Counted from the stretch's first letter, positions 45,892 to 55,792 are shown. The stretch is 64,000 bases of DNA from Methanomassiliicoccaceae archaeon (GCA_963827135.1 CAWGZX010000005.1:392176-456175), one strand, 5' to 3'. Notes: a model not told the origin generated them from the sequence alone. A program made the numbers and translations.

Positions 45892-46424
45892 AGCTCGGGG
45901 AATCTCTCCTTGATCATCCTAATGGTTTGCCTTAGAGCTTCCCTTGCCTCGAGGTTGCGCAGGGCGGCGGAGGGGTGATAGGTCGGCAGGAGGTCGATGC
46001 GCTCCCTGCCCACGGCGATGGTGAAGAGCTGGTTGGCGCAGTCCTTCATCGCCACCTTGTTGTTGAGGAGGCCCTCGCAGGCCGTCCTGCCCATGCATAC
46101 GATGAGCTGCTTCCCCCTCAGGTCGTCCTCCAAATACGGTCGGCAGGCCAGGACCTCGTCGGGCTTGGGCCGGCGGTTGCTCGGAGGGCGGCACTTTACC
46201 GTGTTGGTTATCATTAGCCGCTCGCGGGGAAGGCCTTCCTCCTCCAGGATGCGGTCGAGCATCTTGCCGGCGCGGCCGACGAACGGCCTTCCGGTGAGGT
46301 CCTCCTTCTCACCTGGCGCCTCGCCCACCAGGACGACCGGGGACGCAAAATCCCCGCTGGGCGCGACGACCTTTGTCCTCTTCTGGCAGAGACGGCAGAG
46401 CTCGCAATCGAGGTCCAGGAACAT
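45888..46424 (-). CDS. udg: family 4 uracil-DNA glycosylase (Fe-S)
   Basis: CELCRLC…VVLVGEAPGEKEDLTGRPFVGRAG motif. Confidence 0.85.
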   Translation of the reverse strand: MFLDLDCELCRLCQKRTKVVAPSGDFASPVVLVGEAPGEKEDLTGRPFVGRAGKMLDRILEEEGLPRERLMITNTVKCRPPSNRRPKPDEVLACRPYLEDDLRGKQLIVCMGRTACEGLLNNKVAMKDCANQLFTIAVGRERIDLLPTYHPSAALRNLEAREALRQTIRMIKERFPEL

Positions 46425-46425
46425 A

Positions 46426-46959
46426 TCACTCCCTCAGCACGTCATCTGCGGTCAGGAGGGACAGCAGCTCCACCCCCATATCGGCCAGCCTTTCCTTCCC
46501 GCCATCCTGGCGGTCGATGACCGTTAGCACCGTGGACACCTTGGCGCCCGCGTCCCTCAATATGGTTATGGCCTCGGCCGAGGAACCGGCGGATGTGACC
46601 ACGTCCTCCACCACCAGGACGCGGTCGTTCTGCATCAGCCCGCCCTCGATCAGCTTGCTGGTGCCATGGTCCTTCTTCTCCTTGCGCACCATCACGTAGG
46701 GGGTCCCGGTCCTCAGGGAGAGGGCGACGGCCAGCGGTATGGACCCCAGGACGACGCCCGCGATCCTGTCCACGACGATGCCTTTGGCGGCCATGTAGCA
46801 GGCCATCTCCTCCGCCAACTCCGCCAGGACCCGAGGGTCGGTGGAGGCCTTCTTGATATCGATGTAGTACCTGCTCTTCCTCCCCGAGGCTAGGGTGAAC
46901 TCGCCATACATCAACGCCCCGCATTCCAGCAGGGCCTCTTTGATCCGCATCTTGCTCAT
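46426..46959 (-). CDS. pyrE: orotate phosphoribosyltransferase
   Basis: YGEFTLASGRKSRYYID and PRPP loop VLVVEDVVTSAGS. Confidence 0.85.
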   Translation of the reverse strand: MSKMRIKEALLECGALMYGEFTLASGRKSRYYIDIKKASTDPRVLAELAEEMACYMAAKGIVVDRIAGVVLGSIPLAVALSLRTGTPYVMVRKEKKDHGTSKLIEGGLMQNDRVLVVEDVVTSAGSSAEAITILRDAGAKVSTVLTVIDRQDGGKERLADMGVELLSLLTADDVLRE

Positions 46960-46960
46960 C

Positions 46961-47524
46961 TCACCAAGGCTCCTTCTTCAGACCCCTTCTGTAACCGATT
47001 ATGTTGACCAGGCGATGGATCACCGGCACGATGATGATCAAGGCCAGCAGCGCCAGTAGTCCATTGCCCTCTATGTAGATGCCAGAGAACCAGGCCGGGA
47101 AGAGGAGCGCCGCCAGCAGCAGCGCCCCGACCACGAAGTCATATTGGTCGAGACCGGTGGCCTTCGCTCCCCGCTCCAGCCCCATCCTGCGCTTGAGGAA
47201 CGCCCCTCCCATGTCCCCCAGCAGGGACCCGACCGCCATCACCACGATGATCCCCGCGGCCTGGGGCATGGGGCCGTAGCCCAGATACTCCGCCCCGGCG
47301 CTCGGGGTGGTGACCAGCAACTGGACGAATCCGACCAGTATGCCGCTGAGGACGCCTCCGACGAGGCCGCTCCAGGTCTTACCGTCGCCCAGGATGCGCT
47401 TCCCTCGCCATGTCCGCCCCCGGTCTATGGGGGCGCCGCCTCCGAACAGGACCGCGGCCGAGTTAGGCACGAGGGCGGGCAAGAACACCCAAATGCCTAC
47501 CGCGATCGAGGTGAGCGCGTCCAT
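46961..47524 (-). CDS. carS: CDP-archaeol synthase (DUF46)
   Basis: 187-aa membrane protein with PNSAAVLFGGG…LGDGKTWSG motif. Confidence 0.75.
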   Translation of the reverse strand: MDALTSIAVGIWVFLPALVPNSAAVLFGGGAPIDRGRTWRGKRILGDGKTWSGLVGGVLSGILVGFVQLLVTTPSAGAEYLGYGPMPQAAGIIVVMAVGSLLGDMGGAFLKRRMGLERGAKATGLDQYDFVVGALLLAALLFPAWFSGIYIEGNGLLALLALIIIVPVIHRLVNIIGYRRGLKKEPW

Positions 47525-47563
47525 CGTCTCTCTGGATTCCGGAGGCTGATATAGAAACTTTCG

Positions 47564-49462
47564 CTATGCCCCTCGCTCCTTGAAGAAGGCCAGAAGGTCG
47601 TTGGGCAATACCTCGGCCGCCACCAGGTCCATGCGGTCGGCGAACTGCTTCGCCCTCCTGTCCAGGATGACCGCGGCTCCAACGTCCTTCTCGGTCCGGA
47701 TCAGCCTCCCGATGGATTGGAGCATCTTCCGGGATGCCGGGACCTTCACCGTGTACTCCCATCCCTTGCCGAACTTCATCTCGTAATAGTGAAGTAGGGC
47801 GCGCTGCTTGGCGGTGGGCTTGGGGAAGGGGATGCCGGCCAGCAATGCGACCTGCAGCTCCCGGTCCGGAAAGTCGATGCCCTCGCTTATCCTACCCCCC
47901 ATGACCGCGAACAGGACCTGCCCGAGGAGCGTGGCCTTCTTGAAGCTCTGGACCGTGCTCATCAGCTCGGCCTGGGGCATGCCCCTCTCCTCCACATGAA
48001 CCTTCTTGCGGATGCGTGCCAGGACGCCGTCGGAGACGAAGCGGTCCATGAGCGCGTAGGAAGGGAAGAACACCACGGTGTTGCGGTCCAGGGTATTGCA
48101 GCAGGCCACCACCATCTCCTCCATCCTCGGGACGATGCTGTCGTCCTGGGCCATCTCCTCGTACTTGGTCGTCACCTCCTCCGAATAGAATATCCTTCGG
48201 TTCTCCGTCGGGAAAGGCGAAGGGAAGGTCCGCAGCATGGTCCCCTCCGGAAGCCCGACCGAGTCACGGTACTCGTAGAGGGGGGCGAGGGTGCCGGACA
48301 TGTGCAGCGAGCCAGCGCTCTCCTCCAAGAAGGAGCAGGCGATGGAAGGGTCGAGGCAGAAGCCCTCGAAGCGAGGGTTCTCCCCGCCCACGACCAGCTT
48401 GACGTAGTACTCCTCTTCCATCTTCAGCCAGAAGTTGATGAAGGCGCCGAGGGAGAAGATGTAGGAGCGGGGGAGCCTGCCCTGGTCCTTCTTGCTCTCT
48501 CTGACGATCTCCCCGTGGGTCATCATGGCCTTACAGGCGATGACCAGCTGTCTGGAGGTTATGGTGAATGCCTCCATGAGCCCCGCTTGCAGGAAGTCCG
48601 GGGGGATCAGCCCGTCGTCGTCGATGACGTACTCCTTCACCGCCTCCTCCAAGAGGGCGGCGAGCCTCTCCACCACGTCCCTGATGCTCGCTCCTTCGAC
48701 CACCTCCGGGTCGCCGTACTCGTCCAGCTCCCTCAGGACCAGGTCCAGCGCCGCTCGGGACAGCTGGATGGTCCGCGATTCCCTGGCGTAGTCGGGAAGG
48801 TTGTGCGCCTCGTCCACGATGAGGATGAGCTCGGCCAGGGAGACGTTCATTCGGCCCACGAACGCGTCCCTGACGAAAGGGGCGAAGAAGTAGGCGTAGG
48901 GGGCGGTGACCACGGTCGCGTGGGGCAGCAGCTCCTTTCCAAGCTCATATGGGCATAGGCCCTTGGCATCGCAGTACTGCGCGAACTCCTCTACCGTCGG
49001 GAGCTCCTTCTGGCAATGCGCTAGCACCTCATCGAAGTTGGTCTCGAGCACCGCGTCGTAGAAGCGGCATCCTCCCTCCTTCCCCGCTAATGACCTCCTC
49101 TTCCTCTCCCCGCAGAGGCGGGAGAGCTCCTCGGCGTTCCCCTGCTTTAGGTCGGGGTCCCTGGAGAAGAGGGGACAGGTGGACTGCCGGCCTTGCACGC
49201 CCATCCCGAATACCGGCCTCTTAGAATTGATGCGCCGCAGTTCCAGGAGCACCTGCCGCTGCTGGGAATTGGTCCGGGTGAGGTAGGCGACCTTCTTCCC
49301 CTGGGGCAGGGCGATCTGCAATGCCGCCGTCAGGGCGCATACCGTCTTGCCCGTCCCCGTGCCGCTCTCCATCACGATGTGGCCCTCGCCCTTCAAGGCG
49401 CTCATGGCCGAGGAGACGATATCCTCCTGATGCTTCCTAGGCTCGTAGGGAAAAAGGTCCAT
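47564..49462 (-). CDS. xpd: XPD/Rad3-family 5'-3' DNA helicase
   Basis: MESGTGTGKT (Walker A), VDEAHNL (DEAH box) and four Cys of the FeS domain. Confidence 0.85.
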   Translation of the reverse strand: MDLFPYEPRKHQEDIVSSAMSALKGEGHIVMESGTGTGKTVCALTAALQIALPQGKKVAYLTRTNSQQRQVLLELRRINSKRPVFGMGVQGRQSTCPLFSRDPDLKQGNAEELSRLCGERKRRSLAGKEGGCRFYDAVLETNFDEVLAHCQKELPTVEEFAQYCDAKGLCPYELGKELLPHATVVTAPYAYFFAPFVRDAFVGRMNVSLAELILIVDEAHNLPDYARESRTIQLSRAALDLVLRELDEYGDPEVVEGASIRDVVERLAALLEEAVKEYVIDDDGLIPPDFLQAGLMEAFTITSRQLVIACKAMMTHGEIVRESKKDQGRLPRSYIFSLGAFINFWLKMEEEYYVKLVVGGENPRFEGFCLDPSIACSFLEESAGSLHMSGTLAPLYEYRDSVGLPEGTMLRTFPSPFPTENRRIFYSEEVTTKYEEMAQDDSIVPRMEEMVVACCNTLDRNTVVFFPSYALMDRFVSDGVLARIRKKVHVEERGMPQAELMSTVQSFKKATLLGQVLFAVMGGRISEGIDFPDRELQVALLAGIPFPKPTAKQRALLHYYEMKFGKGWEYTVKVPASRKMLQSIGRLIRTEKDVGAAVILDRRAKQFADRMDLVAAEVLPNDLLAFFKERGA

Positions 49463-49543
49463 CCGCTAATCTGAACGGTTCTAGCATGAATACGGTTTCG
49501 CGGGGGTGCCCGAAACTGGGCATCTACAAGATCGGCAGTCGCC

Positions 49544-50071
49544 TCAGGTATTGCGCTGCCAGACTTCCTCTGGCATGTCCTCGTAGCAGTTGTCTACCCC
49601 ATTCAGGTCCCCATTGCAGCCATTGCGACCGGAGATGAGCTCGAAAATCCTTTCCTTCTTGAAGAGCCAATAATGGATGCGCCACTCCCTTCCATCGTAC
49701 AGGGTGGTCTCCTCACGCTCGGTGGTGAGGATGCCCGTGTCCTCCAGCATATAGAAGGCGTCCCGGTCCTCGGGCTCGAGGATGTTGTCGATGATACGCT
49801 CAGAATAACCGAAGAAATTCATGACATGCTGGGCCATGGCCCGCGCCTGTTCCTCGGGCATGCCCGTGTGGTCTATGCTGGTGCGGATGGCGTTCGTCAG
49901 GTCATCGACCGTCAGCGTCAGCACCTTTCCGTTCTCCTTGAGAACCAAGGTATCCGCATGGCCATTACCTCCATTCCCTTCCGCGACCTCCAATCGCGCG
50001 GAAGCCTTTCCGTTCCCCTTATGCCCCTTAGCAAAACCGTTCCCTTTCGCAACAGCGTTCTTCGGAATCAT
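49544..50071 (-). CDS. conserved archaeal hypothetical protein with Gly/Asn-rich N-terminus
   Basis: 175 aa. The C-terminal block …FYMLEDTGILTTEREETTLYDGREWRIHYWLF… looks conserved, but I cannot name the family with confidence. Confidence 0.5.
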   Translation of the reverse strand: MIPKNAVAKGNGFAKGHKGNGKASARLEVAEGNGGNGHADTLVLKENGKVLTLTVDDLTNAIRTSIDHTGMPEEQARAMAQHVMNFFGYSERIIDNILEPEDRDAFYMLEDTGILTTEREETTLYDGREWRIHYWLFKKERIFELISGRNGCNGDLNGVDNCYEDMPEEVWQRNT

Positions 50072-50279
50072 CTAAATAAAGCCCCCCTTTAGATGATAAA
50101 TGTCAACTACAAGGTAGATTAGACCTACACCATTCAACAAGTTATATTTAAAGATTCTTACGAGCGCCAATAATTATTGTTAACCGCTTCGTGTAATCTG
50201 GCATCATAATTTCCGTTGTTCTTCGGTCAGAAAGAATACCTTTTTAGGGGTGCCGCCACAAGAGCATAGGCGGTGGAAT

Positions 50280-50576
50280 ATGATCGCTCAATTCAAGGTC
50301 GTGCCGGTTGGCAAGGGCGAGAGCCTCAGCGCCTACGTCGCCGAATGCGTTAAGATAGTGCAGGCGAGCGGATTGAAGTACCAGCTCACCCCCATGGCGA
50401 CGATATTGGAGGGGGAATGGGACGAAATCATGGATGTGCTGGGGGATTGCCACCGCAAGGTGCGCTCCATGTCCCATCGGGTCGTGACCACCATCGAGAT
50501 CGACGACCGCGAGGGCAGGAGGGACGCCATGGAGCAGAAGGTCCGCAGCGTTCAGGATAAGCTTGCCAGGAATTAG
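50280..50576 (+). CDS. MTH1187/YkoF-family (DUF77) protein
   Basis: MIAQFKVVPVGKGESLSAYVAECVKIV…ATILEGEW is the typical family pattern. Confidence 0.75.
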   Translation: MIAQFKVVPVGKGESLSAYVAECVKIVQASGLKYQLTPMATILEGEWDEIMDVLGDCHRKVRSMSHRVVTTIEIDDREGRRDAMEQKVRSVQDKLARN

Positions 50577-50633
50577 TGCTTCGCCTACGCTCCAGGCCTT
50601 GGGCTGACGATAGATTCTACATGCCCATCCAGC

Positions 50634-52241
50634 TCACTGGATGTAGGTCTTCAACCTCATCTGGGAAAGCCGGATGAACCTCGCCTCCTTGAAGTCCTTG
50701 AGCTTCAGCATGTATTCCAGGACCTCCTTGGAGACGACGTCGTCTACTGCCACCAGCATCACCGCCATCCCGCCCCGGCTCTCGCGGCCCACGCCCATCC
50801 TGGCGATGTTGATGTGGTTGTCGCCGAGCACTGTGCCGACACGGCCGATTATGCCGGGAACGTCGTTGTGCTTGGTCATGAGGAAATCGCCCTCCACCGG
50901 CATGTCCAGGTCATACTCGTCGATGCCTAGGAGCCTGGCCTGCGTACCTGGGAAGACCGTCCCGCGCACCTCGCGCGATATTCCGTCCGAGTGCAGCGTC
51001 ACCGCGACCATGTTCACGTAGCGCGGGGACTCCTCGCTCTTGGTCTCCGAGACCTGGATGCCCTTCTCCTTGGCGATGGAGGCGGCGTTGATGATGTTGA
51101 CCTGGTTCTCGCCGATGATGTTGCTCAGCACCCCGATTATGGCTGAGGTCGTCAACGTCTTCGTGTCCATGCTGGCCAGCTCGCCGTAGAAGGCGGTCTC
51201 CACCCTCTTGATCGGGCCATCCACCAGCTGAAAGGCGAAGGACGCCAGCATCTCGGTGAGCGGCATGAAGGGCATGACCTTGGGGTCCATCTTGCCCAAC
51301 GGCGCGTTGACGGCGTTCGACATCTTGCCATCCACAAGGAAGGCCTTGACGCACTCGGCCATCTCCAGGGACACCTTCTCCTGGGCCTCTTTGGTGCTCG
51401 CGCCCAGGTGGGGCGTGAGCACGATATTGTCCAGCTCCAGAAGCTTGGAGCCCTTGGGGGGCTCGTGCTCGAACACGTCCAGCGCAGCCCCAGCGATGCG
51501 CCGGGTCTTGAGCGCCTCGTACAAGGCCTCCTCGTCCACGATGCCGCCCCTCGCGCAGTTGATGACTATGGCGTGGGGCTTCATCAGCTTGAACTGCTCC
51601 TTTCCCACCAGATGCTTGGTCGATGGGGTCAGGGGCGCGTGGATGGTGATGATGTCCGCCTCCTCGATGACCTTCTCCATCGGCAGAAGGCGAACGCCCA
51701 GCTTCACCGCGACCTCGGGCGGCAGGAACGGATCGTAACCGACCATCTTCATCTGGAAGGCCTTGGCCCTCTTGGCCACCTCGGCCCCGATGCGGCCGAT
51801 GCCGACTATGCCCAAGGTCTTGCCGTTGAGCTCGGTACCAGTGAACTTGCCCCTCTCCCATTTACCAGACTTGATGGAAGCGTCCGCCCAGACGATCTTG
51901 CGCACCAGGGTGAGCATCATGGCCATGGTGTGCTCGGAGGCGGAGACGATGTTCCCCATGGGTGTGTTCATTACCAGCACGCCCTTCCGGGTGGCGGCCT
52001 CGACGTCGACGTTGTCCACGCCCACGCCGGCGCGCCCGACCACCTTCAGCCTCCTCCCGGCCTCGATGACCTCCTTGGTCACCTTGGTGCCGGAGCGGAT
52101 GATTATGCCTTCGTAATCGCCTATGATCTTGAGCAGCTCTTCCTGAGGGATGCCGGGCTTGACATCGACCTCCAGGCCCGTCCCCTTCGTCAGAAAATCC
52201 AGTCCTTCCTTGGACAGTTCGTCGGTCACGAGGAGCTTCAT
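50634..52241 (-). CDS. serA: D-3-phosphoglycerate dehydrogenase (with ASB and ACT domains)
   Basis: 535 aa with NAD motif GIVGIGRIGAEVA and a C-terminal ACT region. Confidence 0.9.
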   Translation of the reverse strand: MKLLVTDELSKEGLDFLTKGTGLEVDVKPGIPQEELLKIIGDYEGIIIRSGTKVTKEVIEAGRRLKVVGRAGVGVDNVDVEAATRKGVLVMNTPMGNIVSASEHTMAMMLTLVRKIVWADASIKSGKWERGKFTGTELNGKTLGIVGIGRIGAEVAKRAKAFQMKMVGYDPFLPPEVAVKLGVRLLPMEKVIEEADIITIHAPLTPSTKHLVGKEQFKLMKPHAIVINCARGGIVDEEALYEALKTRRIAGAALDVFEHEPPKGSKLLELDNIVLTPHLGASTKEAQEKVSLEMAECVKAFLVDGKMSNAVNAPLGKMDPKVMPFMPLTEMLASFAFQLVDGPIKRVETAFYGELASMDTKTLTTSAIIGVLSNIIGENQVNIINAASIAKEKGIQVSETKSEESPRYVNMVAVTLHSDGISREVRGTVFPGTQARLLGIDEYDLDMPVEGDFLMTKHNDVPGIIGRVGTVLGDNHINIARMGVGRESRGGMAVMLVAVDDVVSKEVLEYMLKLKDFKEARFIRLSQMRLKTYIQ

Positions 52242-53302
52242 TTCATCGCCTCCAGCGAGTCGTCCAATGCCTTGAACAGGTCGTCCATGTCCTTCATGGT
52301 CAGATCGCCCATGTGACCGATCCTGAAGGTGGAGTCCTTGATCTTGCCATAGCCTGGGGAGACCTCGAACCCTCTGGACTTGAGCTCCTTGTCCAGGAGG
52401 GGGAAGTCCAGCTTGTCGGTTTCGACCACGGTTATCGTCTCCGATTCGTACCCTTTCTCCGCATACAGCTTGAAGCGCTTCCGCGCCCAGGACCTGGCGG
52501 CCTCGGCCATCTCGTGATGCCGCGAGTAGCGGTTGGCCATCCCCTCCGTGAGCATCTTGTCCAGTTGGTAGTCGAGGCCGTACATCAGCGATATCGGGGG
52601 AGTGGTCAGAGGCATGTCCTTGTCCGCCGCCTTCTTGTACTCCAGTAGGTCGAGATAGTAGCCCCTGCCCTGCACCTTCTCCGCCACCTTGAGAAGGCGG
52701 TCGGAGCAGCAGATGATCGCCAGGCCAGGAGGCAGGGCGAACGCCTTCTGCGAACCGAAGACCAAGGCGTCGATGTTAAGGTCCCTGAGCTTGAAGTCCA
52801 CCGCGCCGACCGAGGTCACTCCATCCACGAAGACCAGCGGGTCGGCCTCCGCCTTGAACAAGCGGACCAGCTCCCGGGTGGGGTTGAGCACCCCGGTGCT
52901 GCTCTCGTTGGAGATTATGGTCACCGCCTCGGTGGTGGGCTCGAGCTTCCCCGCCACGTCCACGCAGCGGATGGCCTTTCCCCATTGGCCCTCGATCTTC
53001 TTGACCTGCTTGCCGCAGGCCATGCCGATCTGCGCCCAACGGTCCCCGAAGGAGCCGTTGCTCAGGGACATCATGCGCTCGTGCACGCCGCAGCGCACGC
53101 ACGCCTCCAGGAAGGCGGTTGCCGAGGCAGGGGCCAGGAAGATGTGCATGTCGGTGTCTAGGACCTTGTGCAGCTTCTCCACGATTCCATGCTGCAGGCT
53201 AGCGTACTTCTGCCCACGGTGGATCATCATGGGCTTGTTCATTGCCTGCATCGTATCTTCGAAGACCTCGACCGGTCCAACGGTAAACAGCCTGTTGCTC
53301 AC
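52238..53302 (-). CDS. class V aminotransferase (phosphoserine / serine-glyoxylate aminotransferase-like)
   Basis: LFTVGPVEV…, with a PLP-fold Lys in FGSQKAF. ATGA overlap with serA. Start is GTG 53302, or ATG 53322 if one G is missing from the G5 run. The ORF extension to 53437 looks non-coding. Confidence 0.75.
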   Translation of the reverse strand: MSNRLFTVGPVEVFEDTMQAMNKPMMIHRGQKYASLQHGIVEKLHKVLDTDMHIFLAPASATAFLEACVRCGVHERMMSLSNGSFGDRWAQIGMACGKQVKKIEGQWGKAIRCVDVAGKLEPTTEAVTIISNESSTGVLNPTRELVRLFKAEADPLVFVDGVTSVGAVDFKLRDLNIDALVFGSQKAFALPPGLAIICCSDRLLKVAEKVQGRGYYLDLLEYKKAADKDMPLTTPPISLMYGLDYQLDKMLTEGMANRYSRHHEMAEAARSWARKRFKLYAEKGYESETITVVETDKLDFPLLDKELKSRGFEVSPGYGKIKDSTFRIGHMGDLTMKDMDDLFKALDDSLEAMK

Positions 53303-53695
53303 GGATACACCCCCAGAGACATCAAGGAGGATCACCAGGACCGTCCAGGGCCGAGGGAGCGCACCCTTGCCTCCCCTCCGCATCCTCCGAGGGATGCCTG
53401 GACGCCGTCCGATCCCGGTGCCTTGCCCGTCATGCATGACACGCCCGCTAGAACCTCCTTTTTCTGTGAAGCCAGTAAGCGACCAGGCATGTCATTTAGT
53501 AGCATGACGCACCCGTATTAAGAGGGTTGTCATATAAACTTATTGAAGGTGGAGGGGCGGAGGCCAGCGCGTAGCGGTCAGCGCCCACGATTATGGTATG
53601 GATGCGCGCACCGTTCAAGTGGATGTCACGACCTCTTGACGACGGCGCTGCCAAAATCCTAGTCTAATCCACAGGTGCTTGGGAAGGCCCACCGA

Positions 53696-54719
53696 TCAGC
53701 TTCTGAGCCTCTCCAGCACGTCCTCGATGTCGGCCTTGTCGATGCCACGATGGGTGACAAAGCGGACCAAGCTCTTCCCGAATGAGGAGCAGAGGACGCC
53801 GCTGCGCTTGGCCTTGGAGATGAGCTCGGCCGACTTGTTCGGGGCGGTCTCGGCGACGACGATGTTGGTCTGGACGGTGGCCTTGTCGATGTTCAGCCCT
53901 TGCTCCGCCAGGCCCATGGCGAGGAGCTTGGCGTTGTCGTGGTCCTCCTTCAACCTAGGGACCATCCTCTCGAGGGCGACAATGCCCGGGGCGGCGATCA
54001 CTCCAGCCTGCCTCATCCCTCCGCCCAGGACCTTCCTGACCTTGCGGGCGCGGTCGATGAACTCCTTGTCACCGACCAGCACCGAGCCGACGGGGCAGGA
54101 AAGGCCCTTTGACAAGCAGAAGGTGATGCTGTCCACGCTCCTTGCGTAGTCCTTCGGCTCGACGTTGAGCGCGACGCAGGCATTGAAGATGCGCGCGCCG
54201 TCGATATGTACCTTCATGCCCCGGTCGTGCGCGGCCCTCCCGACCTCCTCCACTTCCTTGGATGTCCAACAGCATCCGCCCGCTCGGTTGTGGGTGTTCT
54301 CGATGGCCACCAGGGAAGGGTTTGGATAGTGCATCTCCCTTCCCCGGTAATGCGCCTCCAGCTGCTCAGCGGTGAACACTCCTCGCTTCCCCTTAATCAA
54401 ACGAGGGATGACCCCGGCGACGGCGGACATTCCCCCGACCTCGTAGTAGTAGATGTGCGCCTCCGCCTCGCAGTAAGTACTCATCGCCATGCCGGCAATG
54501 CGTCATCACTGAGATCAAATTCCCAGCCGTACCGCTCGTGACCAGAAGGCCCGCCTCCTTGCCGAAGCGGTCAGCGGCCATCTGCTCCAGCTTGTTCACG
54601 GTGGGGTCCTCTCGCGACACATCATCCCCTAGCTCCGCCTTGGCGATGGCGTCGAGCATCTCCTTTGTCGGAAGGGTGACTGTGTCGCTCCTTAGATCGA
54701 TGACCTTCATACGATTCAC
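53696..54719 (-). pseudogene. ltaE: low-specificity L-threonine aldolase, split by a frameshift as assembled
   Basis: N-part has [12 protein letters not shown]…[21 protein letters not shown]. The C-part, one frame over, has [14 protein letters not shown]…. The junction TACTTACTGC is at ~54471-54480. Confidence 0.8.
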
Positions 54720-54720
54720 C

Positions 54721-55701
54721 TCAGTCTGATATCTCCACTTTATTGCCTGACCTCAGCGACATCAGGGCGGCCTCGCAAACCTTGAGGTCGTTGAGCGCGT
54801 CGTGACCACTGGCCATGGGGACCTTGCCCGAGGCTGAGGCTTTGAGGAAATCAGCGATCTCCAGCTTGAGCGGCTCCTCCTTCCTCACTGAGATCCTCCT
54901 CACGTCCGTATCCAGAGGTATGCGGAAGGCATCCGCCATGTCGTACTCCTTGGTGGTGGAGGAGGAGATCTCCAAGCTCTGATCCATGTAATCGAGCTGG
55001 ACATAGCCTCCGCTGCAGGTGAGTGAGACCTTCCGAACCTTCATGGGGGTGAGCCAATTCACCTCGATGAAGGCGAATACCCCCCCGTGCAGCTCCACCA
55101 GGAGGTTGGCATGGTCCTCGTAGGACGAGTTGTTGATCCTCCCTCCCAGGGCGAAGACGCTCCTGGCCTCGGCACCGGTTATGTACCGGAGCACGTCGAC
55201 GTCGTGAATGCCAAGGTCCATGATGACCCCGACGTCCCTGATCCTGGCAGGGAAGGACGAGACCCGCCTGGAAGCGAAGGTGATGAGCTTGCCGAAACGC
55301 CCTTCGCGCACCGCCCCCCTGGCCACGCTGACCACGGGGTTATGGCGCTCCACGAAGCCGGCGGCCAGGGTTACCCCTTCCTTCTCCGCCATCCTGCAGA
55401 GCTCCGATGCCTTCTCGGAGGTCCCGGTGAACGGCTTCTCGACCAGAAGATCCTTCCCCGCGGTGATGGCCTTGCTGGCGACGTCGAAGTGGCTGGTGGT
55501 GATGGTGCAGATGCTGACCGCCTCCACTTGGGAGAGCAGGTCGTCGACGGTTTCGAAGGAACGGACCCCGAAGCGCGCCGCGACCTTCTTGCTCAAGGCG
55601 CGATCTACATCGTAGACGCCGATGAGCTCGGCGAGCTCGGAATGGATGCGAGCGTGATTCTGGCCCATGGAGCCCACGCCGATGACCCCTACCTTTGCCA
55701 T
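54721..55701 (-). CDS. Gfo/Idh/MocA family oxidoreductase
   Basis: [18 protein letters not shown] Rossmann N-terminus and EKP motif (LLVEKPF). Confidence 0.75.
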   Translation of the reverse strand: MAKVGVIGVGSMGQNHARIHSELAELIGVYDVDRALSKKVAARFGVRSFETVDDLLSQVEAVSICTITTSHFDVASKAITAGKDLLVEKPFTGTSEKASELCRMAEKEGVTLAAGFVERHNPVVSVARGAVREGRFGKLITFASRRVSSFPARIRDVGVIMDLGIHDVDVLRYITGAEARSVFALGGRINNSSYEDHANLLVELHGGVFAFIEVNWLTPMKVRKVSLTCSGGYVQLDYMDQSLEISSSTTKEYDMADAFRIPLDTDVRRISVRKEEPLKLEIADFLKASASGKVPMASGHDALNDLKVCEAALMSLRSGNKVEISD

Positions 55702-55792
55702 GAGACCGCAATAATTCAGCCCTCTAATTAACCCATTCCTGCGCCCATCCGGAAGAATTATTCATACCTTCGGCCTACCTGGTCCGAGCAAG

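Noticed and set aside
50072-50249. Possible C/D box sRNA in the AT-rich spacer (ATGATGC and CTGA elements on the minus strand)
   Set aside because: The box order is wrong (CTGA precedes the C-like box), the C box is imperfect, and there is no terminal stem or second box pair. A divergent promoter region explains it better.
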